Shown piece by piece: positions 8,434 to 16,219 of a DNA stretch of 37,011 nt. The position numbers and the translations under genes were made by a program. Source of the stretch: Pseudomonas phage YMC12/01/R960; sequence record MH643777.1. One strand, given 5' to 3'. Under the pieces are notes generated by a model. The model ran no database searches and was not told where the DNA came from. It was given only the letters and a program-made list of their open reading frames with translations. The stretch's first letter is position 1. The number at the start of each line of letters is the position of its first letter.

Positions 8434-8640
8434 ATGCAGCAGTCCAACCCCTTCAATCACCCCGGACAGAGCTACGGCGCCGTAGACGTCGATAGCCGAC
8501 TCCGCGCCGTTGCCGGCTTCGACCTGGAGCAATGCCGCGCCGCGCTCGCGGTCACCGGCCTCCAGAAGATCGTCGAGCAGAAAATTCGCACCCGCATCCG
8601 CCAGCTGGAAAAGCAGGCATCCGCACAGAAGGAGGCATAA
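8434..8640 (+). CDS. early hypothetical protein, 68 aa
   Basis: ATG 8434 right after the upstream TGA. The track ORF begins at GTG 8416. Confidence 0.5.
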   Translation: MQQSNPFNHPGQSYGAVDVDSRLRAVAGFDLEQCRAALAVTGLQKIVEQKIRTRIRQLEKQASAQKEA

Positions 8641-8642
8641 CC

Positions 8643-8912
8643 ATGGCCGTATACACCATCACCATCAGCGACACCGAGGGCGGCGTCCTCTTCGGCATGA
8701 AAGGCCCGCAGTTGCACGATTCCGAAGCTTCGAAACTGGCCTATGCCCTCATGGAGGCCTCGAAGTCCATTGGCCGGGAACTCGCCAAGCTGAACGGAGT
8801 TGGCAACGCCGTTTCCTGCGCCTGCGACGAGTGCCTGGCACGCCGCGCTCGCGGCGAGGAACCGCAACAGGAAATCCACTACACCACGGCTAAGAACCGC
8901 ACCGTCCACTGA
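8643..8912 (+). CDS. early hypothetical protein, 89 aa, Cys-containing (CACDEC)
   Basis: ATG 8643 (MAVYTITISD) after TAA 8638-8640. Start is in frame with track ORF 8532..8912. Confidence 0.55.
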   Translation: MAVYTITISDTEGGVLFGMKGPQLHDSEASKLAYALMEASKSIGRELAKLNGVGNAVSCACDECLARRARGEEPQQEIHYTTAKNRTVH

Positions 8913-8918
8913 GCGAAA

Positions 8919-8941
8919 CCGCCCCGGCCTGGCCGGGGCGG
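8919..8941 (+). terminator. GC-rich hairpin (11-bp stem CCGCCCCGGCC / GGCCGGGGCGG) after an early gene
   Basis: Perfect inverted repeat with a 1-nt loop directly downstream of the stop at 8912. No T-tract follows, so function (terminator versus RNA-stability element) is uncertain. Confidence 0.4.
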
Positions 8942-8982
8942 TCTGCCGGACGTGGTGGTCCGGTACTGATGAGCAGCCACCC

Positions 8983-9279
8983 ATGACGAACGAAACCAAG
9001 ACAGACCGCCAGCGCCGCCTGGCGCGGGAACGCCAACGGGCGAAGCGCGAGCGCGATGCCCTGCGCCGCGCTGCGCTGGGCGGTCGCCGCTTCAACATGG
9101 ACATGTACCAGGGAACGGCGGATGCACTCGATCTGATCTGCGCGGCCGGGGGCTTCGCCGAGCCGGCCGAGGCGGTCACCTTGCTCCTACACAACGTTGC
9201 CGAAATTGCAGAGCGTGACGCGTCACGTTTTGCCGAATTGATCCAAAAGAGAAGCCATCCAGGGAGGACCAAGCGATGA
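8983..9279 (+). CDS. hypothetical basic protein, 98 aa
   Basis: ATG 8983 (MTNETKTDRQRRLARERQRAKRE). Start is in frame with track ORF 8800..9279. Confidence 0.5.
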   Translation: MTNETKTDRQRRLARERQRAKRERDALRRAALGGRRFNMDMYQGTADALDLICAAGGFAEPAEAVTLLLHNVAEIAERDASRFAELIQKRSHPGRTKR

Positions 9280-9683
9280 GCCTACGCGCCGTCAACCTCG
9301 CAAAAATCCACATCGCCAAGGCCCAGCTGGGCATGGACGATGACACCTATCGCGCATTGCTGGCTCGCGTCGCGGGCGTGCGCTCGGCCAAGGACCTAGG
9401 GCCGCGCCAGATCGACCACGTACTGGTCGAACTCCAGCGCCTGGGCTGGAAACCGAAGAGCAACCGGCAGGGCCGGGCGACGCCAAAAGTACCTCAAAAC
9501 CGGCAAACCGTGCTGCGTAAAATCACCGCGCTCCTGGCCAGCGCCCATCGCCCCTGGAGCTACGCCGACCACATGGCCCGGCGCATGTTCCAGGTCGAGC
9601 GGGTCGAGTGGCTGGACGACAGCCAGCTCTACCGGCTGATGCAGGCGCTTATCATCGATAGGAGCCGCCATGGCCAGGTCTGA
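9276..9683 (+). CDS. gemA: GemA-like regulatory protein (Mu gp16 / DUF1018 family)
   Basis: N-terminus KIHIAKAQLGMDDDTYRALLARV matches the GemA-family hallmark. RBS AGGGAGGA. ATGA overlap with the upstream stop. Confidence 0.7.
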   Translation: MSLRAVNLAKIHIAKAQLGMDDDTYRALLARVAGVRSAKDLGPRQIDHVLVELQRLGWKPKSNRQGRATPKVPQNRQTVLRKITALLASAHRPWSYADHMARRMFQVERVEWLDDSQLYRLMQALIIDRSRHGQV

Positions 9684-10119
9684 GGTGGATCTTCGGGAGG
9701 TCCAGGACATGCTGCCGGATACCGTCCGCGACATGGCCGGACGCATAGGACTGCCGGCCACCCTGGTGGTGGTCGAGCAACTCGGCGGCACGTCCTGGCG
9801 GATAGCCGAGGGCCGGGCGCGGAGGGGCGAAGCGCGCCGGGCTGCGCTGGCCGAACTAGTGGGCAGCGACATCGAGGAGCAGCTCCACACGCACTATCGG
9901 GGCGAAGAAATTTACGTGGCTCGCTGCCACAAGGCGCTGGTACGGTGGCGCGACCTGGAGATCGTCGAGCGCTTCGAGCAGGGCTTGCGTGATGGGCAAA
10001 CCGCCCGTAGCCTGCTCAGCGATCTTGCCCGCAAGTACAACCTGTCCGACCGCTGGATATGGGAGATTGTCAACCGGCCGAGCGAGCCGGCACCGCAGCA
10101 ATCCACCCTGTTCCACTAA
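9670..10119 (+). CDS. mor: Mor-like middle-operon transcription activator (Mor/C family)
   Basis: 149 aa. GEEIYVARCHKALVRWRDLEIVERF resembles the Mor GQVYIPRG...IRDLRIWNDF region. C-terminal HTH-like LSDLARKYNLSDRWIWEIV. Positioned just before the lysis and late genes. Confidence 0.72.
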   Translation: MARSEVDLREVQDMLPDTVRDMAGRIGLPATLVVVEQLGGTSWRIAEGRARRGEARRAALAELVGSDIEEQLHTHYRGEEIYVARCHKALVRWRDLEIVERFEQGLRDGQTARSLLSDLARKYNLSDRWIWEIVNRPSEPAPQQSTLFH

Positions 10120-10140
10120 GCCGGGGCGCAACGCCCCGGC
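10120..10140 (+). terminator. GC-rich hairpin (GCCGGGGCG-CAA-CGCCCCGGC) immediately after the mor stop
   Basis: 9-bp perfect stem with a 3-nt loop right after TAA 10117-10119. Marks the end of the early transcription unit. Confidence 0.4.
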
Positions 10141-10222
10141 CGGCGTCTCCACGCCGATCCTGTCTCAGCCGTCGAAGTCAATCATCTAATTCCCCCTAGC
10201 ATGTCGCCGCCACGATGGCGGC

Positions 10223-10570
10223 ATGAAAGAGTTCAACGCCCCGCATCCACCGCGCAGCCCCCGCGACTACGCCGCCGCCATCCTGGCCGAGCCCAGCCGC
10301 GAGCGTCGTAACGCTCTGCTGGAAGCCTGCCCGGTCAACTGGCAGCCGCTCGTTCGGGCACACGTCGAGGACGCCTTCGCGAAGGTCAAGGCGTATCGCC
10401 AGATGATGGACCACCGCGCCGAGTCGATCCGGCGCGGCCCGCCTGCTGCTCCCCGCGTCACCGACACCGATTTCCGCATATCCAACTACACCAAGTCCGC
10501 CCCGGAGGTAGGCAATGCGCACCTATCCGCAATTCGGGCAGCGCTCGCAACGGAAGCACCAAATGCCTGA
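10223..10570 (+). CDS. hypothetical protein, 115 aa, first gene after mor
   Basis: ATG 10223. A palindromic element overlaps the start (see findings). Confidence 0.55.
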   Translation: MKEFNAPHPPRSPRDYAAAILAEPSRERRNALLEACPVNWQPLVRAHVEDAFAKVKAYRQMMDHRAESIRRGPPAAPRVTDTDFRISNYTKSAPEVGNAHLSAIRAALATEAPNA

Positions 10571-10985
10571 TCCCGCATCCACCTCGGCCGGCAGCGCCGC
10601 GCTGCTGAAAATGTTCGGCATCCACATAAGCGCGGGCGCCCTGGCTGCCGCCCTGGGCTTCCTGGTCCTGTGGCCCCGAACCATGAAAGAGGGGTTCGCC
10701 CGGCTGTTCTGCACCATCGTCGCGTCCAGCGTCTTCGGCCCAATCCTGGTGGTTTACCTGCACTCCAACCGCCCCGAGCTGTTCGAGTCCGCCCAGGTGG
10801 TGGCCGGGCTCTACCAACTGGAGCCAGCGGTCGGCCTGCTGTTCGTTTCCGCTCCGCTCCTGGTGATTGCCGGTCTGCCTGCCTGGTGGCTGATCGGTGC
10901 GGCCCTGCGCCTGTTTGAGCGGGACGGCGATTCATGGCTGGGCGCGTTCGCCCAGTGGGTAAAACGCAAACTGGAGAACAACTGA
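10515..10985 (+). CDS. holin-like membrane protein, multiple TM helices
   Basis: GGAGG sits 6 nt upstream of ATG 10515. Hydrophobic segments ALAAALGFLVLWP, LFCTIVASSVFGPILVVYL, VGLLFVSAPLLVIAGLPAWWLIGAAL. Alternative start ATG 10563. Confidence 0.5.
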   Translation: MRTYPQFGQRSQRKHQMPDPASTSAGSAALLKMFGIHISAGALAAALGFLVLWPRTMKEGFARLFCTIVASSVFGPILVVYLHSNRPELFESAQVVAGLYQLEPAVGLLFVSAPLLVIAGLPAWWLIGAALRLFERDGDSWLGAFAQWVKRKLENN

Positions 10986-11401
10986 TGGCCCTTCAACCTC
11001 GCGGTATCCGCAACAACAACCCCGGCAACATCGTCTGGTCAGCACGCAACAACTGGCAGGGCCAGCTCCCGCACAACCCGAAGGTTGAGCCGCGTTTCGC
11101 CCGCTTCGACACCGCGCATAACGGCATCCGCGCCCTGGCAAAGCTGCTGCTGAACTATCGCAAGGTCTATGGCCTGCGCACCGTCGAATCGCTGATCGCA
11201 CGCTGGGCGCCGTCGAACGAGAACAACACCCGCGCGTATGCCTCGGCCGTGGCCCGAGCGATGGGAGTTCCGCCGCAGGCCAGCCTGCACCTGGACCAGG
11301 CCACCCTGGTCGCTCTGGTGACCGCCATCATTCACCAGGAAAACGGGCAGCAGCCCTACAGCGCCGAGCAGATCGCCCAGGCCGTGCGGGAGGTGCTGTG
11401 A
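10985..11401 (+). CDS. putative endolysin / peptidoglycan hydrolase of the lysis module (NNPGN motif)
   Basis: 138 aa from ATG 10985 (TGATG overlap). Lies between holin-like and spanin genes. GIRNNNPGNI motif. Assigned by position plus motif only. Confidence 0.45.
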   Translation: MALQPRGIRNNNPGNIVWSARNNWQGQLPHNPKVEPRFARFDTAHNGIRALAKLLLNYRKVYGLRTVESLIARWAPSNENNTRAYASAVARAMGVPPQASLHLDQATLVALVTAIIHQENGQQPYSAEQIAQAVREVL

Positions 11402-11643
11402 TGCAGCGCCCCAGCGGAATCAGCCTCAGCGATCTGTTCGCGATCTGCCGTGAAGCCCCGGCCAACCGATGGCTCTGGATACGCCTCTATCTCCGCGACC
11501 TGCTGGCCCGCGTCGTGATTCTGGCCTTCATGGCAATTGGTGCCGCAGGCCTCGCCTATGGCCTGGGCGGGGCGTTCGCCTACGGCTTCATGCAGACCGT
11601 TGCGTCCTACCAGGTCCAGCTCAGCGTCGAGAAATCGCCATGA
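11401..11643 (+). CDS. small membrane protein of the lysis cassette (holin/antiholin-like), 80 aa
   Basis: TM segment LARVVILAFMAIGAAGLAYGLGGAFAYGFM. ATGA overlap with the Rz start. Confidence 0.5.
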   Translation: MQRPSGISLSDLFAICREAPANRWLWIRLYLRDLLARVVILAFMAIGAAGLAYGLGGAFAYGFMQTVASYQVQLSVEKSP

Positions 11644-12041
11644 CCTGGCGCGTCGGCCTGGTTGTCTTTGTGCTCCTGGTGATGGTCTGGACGGCCGGCT
11701 GGTGGGGCGGTCGCGAGGCTGGGCTGGCCGATGGGCGCGCCGCCTGCGCCGACGCACAGACCCGCGCATATCGCGACGTCCTGGAGCAATCGGCGGCACA
11801 ACTGAAGACGGTCCAGGACACCAGCGCGGCTCTTTTCCAGCGCCTGGCCCAGCGGGCCGACAGCGACCAACAAACTACTCGGGAGCTTCGCCATGCCCTG
11901 GCCGAAACCGCTGCTGATCGCGCTGCCTGCCGCTTTCCTGCTGGCGTCATGCAGCAGCTCGAAACCGCCCGTCAACGTGCCGCCCAGGCCACTACCGGCG
12001 GCCTTGGCTCAACCGTGCCCGACCCCGGTGGCGGTGACTGA
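11640..12041 (+). CDS. Rz-like i-spanin
   Basis: N-terminal TM (VGLVVFVLLVMVWTAGWWGG) followed by a predicted coiled-coil periplasmic domain. Rz1 is embedded in the +1 frame. Confidence 0.7.
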   Translation: MTWRVGLVVFVLLVMVWTAGWWGGREAGLADGRAACADAQTRAYRDVLEQSAAQLKTVQDTSAALFQRLAQRADSDQQTTRELRHALAETAADRAACRFPAGVMQQLETARQRAAQATTGGLGSTVPDPGGGD

Positions 12042-12147
12042 TGACAGCCCCGATGCCGCCGCAATTGCCCTCAAACAACTCTACGACCAATACGGCGTTT
12101 GCGCCGGCCTGCACTGGGACACCGTGCGGCACCTTCAAAAGGACTGA
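11893..12147 (+). CDS. Rz1-like o-spanin lipoprotein, embedded in and extending beyond Rz
   Basis: Lipobox LLASC after a signal peptide, and a proline-rich mature region. Classic embedded Rz/Rz1 architecture. Confidence 0.75.
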   Translation: MPWPKPLLIALPAAFLLASCSSSKPPVNVPPRPLPAALAQPCPTPVAVTDDSPDAAAIALKQLYDQYGVCAGLHWDTVRHLQKD

Positions 12148-12151
12148 TCCG

Positions 12152-12340
12152 ATGACCGAAAAGAAAGCCTCTCCCGAGTTCGAACTGCTGCAACGCATCG
12201 ACGGCCGCCTGGAGCGCTTCGAGGACCGATTCCCGCAGATCGAACGTAAGGCCGTGCTGTACGGCTCGGCGGCCGGCGCGCTGGCGGGTGGCCTGGTTGC
12301 CTGCGGCCTGCTCGCGGCGCGTATCAAGCTCGGTATCTGA
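12152..12340 (+). CDS. small protein with C-terminal TM helix, 62 aa
   Basis: ATG 12152 (MTEKKASPEFELLQRIDGRLERFEDRF...) in frame with track ORF 12041..12340. Confidence 0.45.
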   Translation: MTEKKASPEFELLQRIDGRLERFEDRFPQIERKAVLYGSAAGALAGGLVACGLLAARIKLGI

Positions 12341-12348
12341 GGTAGCCC

Positions 12349-12849
12349 ATGGCGCACCCGAAGGAAACCCGCGACGCCCTGCGCCGCGCCTACGTCCTCG
12401 ACCGCCAGTCCCTAGAGGTCGCGGCCGCCATGTTCGGCGTCTCCTACGGCACCGCCCGCCGCTGGAAACAGCAGGCGGAAGCCGAGGGGGACGACTGGGA
12501 CAAGGCGCAATCGGCGCAGTTGCTGGCCGGTGGTGGGCTGGAGGACGTGGCGCGCCAGGTGCTGGCCGGCCTGGTGACCCAGTTCCAGGCCACCATGGAG
12601 GCGATCCAGGTGGACAGCGCGATCACGCCAGCGGTCAAGGTGCAGATGCTCGCCAGCCTGGCCGACGCCTATAACAAGTCGATCAGCGCATCGAAGCGGG
12701 TACTACCGGAAACCTCCAGCCTGGCCACCGCAATGGAAGTCATCCAGCGCCTGGCGGCCTTCATCCGTGAACAATTCCCGCAGCACGTCCAGGCCTTCGC
12801 CGAGATTCTGGAGCCGTTCGGGGAAGTAATCGCCAAGGGGCTGAAATGA
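12349..12849 (+). CDS. terminase small subunit (Mu gp27-like, DUF1804)
   Basis: N-terminal HTH-like LEVAAAMFGVSYGTARRWKQQAEAEGDDW. Immediately upstream of and overlapping the large terminase (ATGA). Confidence 0.72.
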   Translation: MAHPKETRDALRRAYVLDRQSLEVAAAMFGVSYGTARRWKQQAEAEGDDWDKAQSAQLLAGGGLEDVARQVLAGLVTQFQATMEAIQVDSAITPAVKVQMLASLADAYNKSISASKRVLPETSSLATAMEVIQRLAAFIREQFPQHVQAFAEILEPFGEVIAKGLK

Positions 12850-14621
12850 ACGCCGAGGAAAAAGAGTTCCTACGGGAACTATCCGCCATGGCGCAGCAGC
12901 TGCGCCGCGACATCGAGGCGCAACAGGTCGGCCTCGATAGCTCCCCGGAAGCTCGGGCCGAGCGGCGCCGTCGCGTACTGGTAGATCGCGATTTCGAGTT
13001 CTTCGCGTATACCTACTTCCCGCACCACATCCGGCCGCCTGCCTCGTTGTTCCATGCGCATTTCTTCAAGCGCTTTCCCCAGCTCATCAGTAGCTCCAGC
13101 GGCCTCAAGGAATGGTGGGTAGCTCCGCGTGGCGAGGCGAAGTCCTCACTGCTGACCAAGGTCGGGCCGTGCTATGTCGTTGTCCAGGGGCTGCTCCAGC
13201 GACCGGAGATTCGGGCCGAACTGGGCATGACCGGCCCGGCGCCGTACTTCGTCGACTACATCACGCTCCTAGGCGCCGAAACGCGCTTGCCCACCAAGCT
13301 CCTGGAAGTAGTCAAGACCGAGCTACTGGTAAACGCCTCCCTGTCCCTGGACTTCCCCGAAGTCTGCGGCAAGGGAAGCGTCTGGAAGATCGGCGAGTTT
13401 GTTTCCCTCTCCGGGGTCAAGCTGGAGGCCTTCGGCGCTGAACAGGCGATCCGGGGCACATTCCACGGCGCGAGCCGTCCCAAGCTGCTCCTGGGCGATG
13501 ACCTGATCACCGACAAAGAGGCCAAGTCCCCGACCGAGCGCAACAACCGATGGGACTGGCTGGAAAAGGCTATCGACTACCTCGGCCCACCGGATGGCTC
13601 TGTCAAATATCTAGGCGTGGGCACAGTGCTGAATAAGGACGATCCGATCAGCCGAGCCAAACGCACGGTCGGGCACCTGGTCCACCACTTCCGCGCTATC
13701 GAGACGTTCCCCACCCACATGGACCTATGGGCACACTGCGAAGAGGTGATGCTCAACGACGATAAGCCCGTGATGGAACAATACGCCGAGCGCGGTAGCG
13801 TCGCGCCCGATAGCGCTCTGCCGTCGTTTCAGTTCTACCAGGACAACCGCGAGCAGATGGAGCTGGGGGCCGTCACCAGTTGGCCAGGTGTCCGGTCGCT
13901 CTACTGGCTGATGCGTCAGCGGGCGAAGAACAAAGCCGCGTTCGCGACCGAGCTGCAAGGCGACCCGCGATCCGATGAAGACAAGACGTTTACCAACCCG
14001 CGCTTTTGGGTCATGCGCTCCGGCCGTTGGCAGATGTTTGGCGCCTGCGACCCCTCTGTCGGGGCGAGCGCACAGTCCGACCCGTCGGCAATCATCGTGG
14101 GGGGCTGGGACACCGAGAAACAGGTACTCAACGTCATAGAGGCGGCCATCAAGCGGCGCGTCCCCTCGAAACTGGAAGCCGACCTGATCGCAGCGCAGAG
14201 GGAGTACCAGATGCGCGCTATCGGTTTCGAGAACAACGGGGCATTCGAAATCCAGCGGCAGAACATCGCCAAGGCTGCGCTGATGCAGCGCGTAGCGCTC
14301 CCTCTGGTCGGTGTTACCAGCATGGCGGACCAGTCCGTTCGAATCGATGCCATGGAGCCGTTCATCAACGACGCATTTGCGCCACGGATTCTGTTTTCGC
14401 CTGGATTGGTCGCCCTGCTCGACGAGCTGGACAGCTGGCCAGAACCGCAGACCGGGCACCACTACGACGGCCTTTGCGCCCTGTCGATCCTCTGGATGAT
14501 CGCTAGCACCCGCGCTGGTTCCTATGAATTCACCCCGGTGCCTGGCCGTCGCAGCTCTGCGGGTTCCAGTGAGTTCAAAGACTCTTTTGACATAGGTGGC
14601 CGCATGGGCGGCGACTGGTAG
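12846..14621 (+). CDS. terminase large subunit (Mu gp28-like)
   Basis: 591 aa. Sits between the small terminase and portal as in Mu-like phages. Confidence 0.88.
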   Translation: MNAEEKEFLRELSAMAQQLRRDIEAQQVGLDSSPEARAERRRRVLVDRDFEFFAYTYFPHHIRPPASLFHAHFFKRFPQLISSSSGLKEWWVAPRGEAKSSLLTKVGPCYVVVQGLLQRPEIRAELGMTGPAPYFVDYITLLGAETRLPTKLLEVVKTELLVNASLSLDFPEVCGKGSVWKIGEFVSLSGVKLEAFGAEQAIRGTFHGASRPKLLLGDDLITDKEAKSPTERNNRWDWLEKAIDYLGPPDGSVKYLGVGTVLNKDDPISRAKRTVGHLVHHFRAIETFPTHMDLWAHCEEVMLNDDKPVMEQYAERGSVAPDSALPSFQFYQDNREQMELGAVTSWPGVRSLYWLMRQRAKNKAAFATELQGDPRSDEDKTFTNPRFWVMRSGRWQMFGACDPSVGASAQSDPSAIIVGGWDTEKQVLNVIEAAIKRRVPSKLEADLIAAQREYQMRAIGFENNGAFEIQRQNIAKAALMQRVALPLVGVTSMADQSVRIDAMEPFINDAFAPRILFSPGLVALLDELDSWPEPQTGHHYDGLCALSILWMIASTRAGSYEFTPVPGRRSSAGSSEFKDSFDIGGRMGGDW

Positions 14622-14632
14622 GAGACGCAACG

Positions 14633-16219
14633 ATGGCCACCATCGTGGATATTTACGGCAACCCCCTTCGAACCCAGCAGCTGCGCAAGCAGCAGACCGC
14701 GCACCTGACGGGACTGGCCAAAGAGTTCGCCAACCACCCGGCCAAGGGGCTGACCCCAGCTAAGTTGGCTCGCATCTTGATCGAGGCCGAGCAGGGTCAA
14801 CTCCAGGCTCAGGCCGAGCTGTTCATGGACATGGAGGAACGCGACGCCCACCTGTTCGCCGAAATGAGCAAGCGCAAGCGCGCTGTCCTCGGCCTGGACT
14901 GGACCATCGAGCCGCCGCGCAACGCCTCGGCCGCAGAGAAGGCCGACGCGGAGTATCTCCACGAGCTGCTGCTCGACCTGGAGGGCATTGAAGACCTCAT
15001 GCTCGATTGCATGGATGGCGTCGGCCACGGCTATAGCGCTATCGAGCTGGACTGGTCCCTCCAGGGACGGGAGTGGCTGCCGCAGGCCTTCGACCACCGG
15101 CCTCAGAGCTGGTTTCAACTGAGCCCGGACGACCAGGACGAGCTGCGCCTGCGCGATAACAGCATCGCGGGCGAGGTGCTCCAGCCGTTCGGCTGGATCA
15201 TGCACAAGCCGCGTTCGCGCTCGGGATACGTGGCGCGTAGCGGGTTATTCCGGGTGCTGGCCTGGCCGTACCTGTTCAAGCACTACTCCACGGCCGACCT
15301 GGCGGAAATGCTCGAAATCTACGGTCTGCCGATCCGGCTCGGGAAGTACCCGCCCGGCACGCCGGACGAAGAGAAGGTGACCCTGCTGCGGGCCGTGACC
15401 GGCCTCGGCCATGCCGCAGCAGGCATCATCCCCGAGAGTATGTCCATCGAGTTCCAGGAAGCGTCGAAAGGCTCGGCCGAGCCGTTCATGGCCATGATGC
15501 GCTGGTGCGATGACTCAATGTCGAAGGCCATCCTGGGCGGCACGCTCACCAGCCAGACCAGCGAGTCGGGCGGTGGTGCCTATGCCCTGGGGCAGGTCCA
15601 TAACGAGGTGCGCCATGACCTTCTGGCGGCGGATGCCCGACAGCTCGCCGCCACGCTGAGCCGAGACCTACTCTGGCCCCTCCTGGTCCTCAACCGCTCC
15701 GGCAACCTCGACGCACGCCGCGCCCCCCGCCTGGTGTTCGACCTCAAGGACCGGGCCGACCTGGCCGCCATGGCAACGTCATTACCGCCCCTGGTCAAGC
15801 TGGGCGTCCAGGTTCCGGTCAACTGGGTCCAGGAGCAACTGGGAATCCCGCTGCCGGCCAAGGGCGAGGCAGTCCTGGTCGATCAGGCCGGCGCAGGCAT
15901 CGCCCAACTGAGCCGGCGCCCTGGTCCTCGCGTCGCTGCGCTGGCCCAGGTGATTGGACCACGCTACCGCGATCAGGAAGCGCTGGACCAGGTGCTGGCC
16001 AGCCTGCCGGCCCAGGACATGCAAAACCAGGCCGATAGCCTGGTCGCGCCGCTCCTGGATGTGATCAGCCGCGGAGGTAGCGAGGCAGAGCTGCTCGGCG
16101 CCCTGGCCGAGGCATTCCCGGATATGGACGACAGCGCCCTGGCGGATGCCCTCCACCGGCTGCTGTTCGTAGCCGACACCTGGGGCCGGCTCAACGGCAC
16201 TCTGGATCGGATCGACTGA
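14633..16219 (+). CDS. portal protein (Mu gp29-like, DUF935)
   Basis: 528 aa. N-terminus MATIVDIYGNPLRTQQLRKQQTAHLTGLAKEFANHP matches the Mu gp29 family pattern. RBS TAGGAG. Confidence 0.9.
   Translation: MATIVDIYGNPLRTQQLRKQQTAHLTGLAKEFANHPAKGLTPAKLARILIEAEQGQLQAQAELFMDMEERDAHLFAEMSKRKRAVLGLDWTIEPPRNASAAEKADAEYLHELLLDLEGIEDLMLDCMDGVGHGYSAIELDWSLQGREWLPQAFDHRPQSWFQLSPDDQDELRLRDNSIAGEVLQPFGWIMHKPRSRSGYVARSGLFRVLAWPYLFKHYSTADLAEMLEIYGLPIRLGKYPPGTPDEEKVTLLRAVTGLGHAAAGIIPESMSIEFQEASKGSAEPFMAMMRWCDDSMSKAILGGTLTSQTSESGGGAYALGQVHNEVRHDLLAADARQLAATLSRDLLWPLLVLNRSGNLDARRAPRLVFDLKDRADLAAMATSLPPLVKLGVQVPVNWVQEQLGIPLPAKGEAVLVDQAGAGIAQLSRRPGPRVAALAQVIGPRYRDQEALDQVLASLPAQDMQNQADSLVAPLLDVISRGGSEAELLGALAEAFPDMDDSALADALHRLLFVADTWGRLNGTLDRID

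Noticed and set aside
12288-12674. 128-aa + strand ORF overlapping the small terminase gene in another frame
   Set aside because: It overlaps a better-supported gene (HTH N-terminus, ATGA coupling to the large terminase). The product is Arg/Pro/Gly-rich with low complexity.
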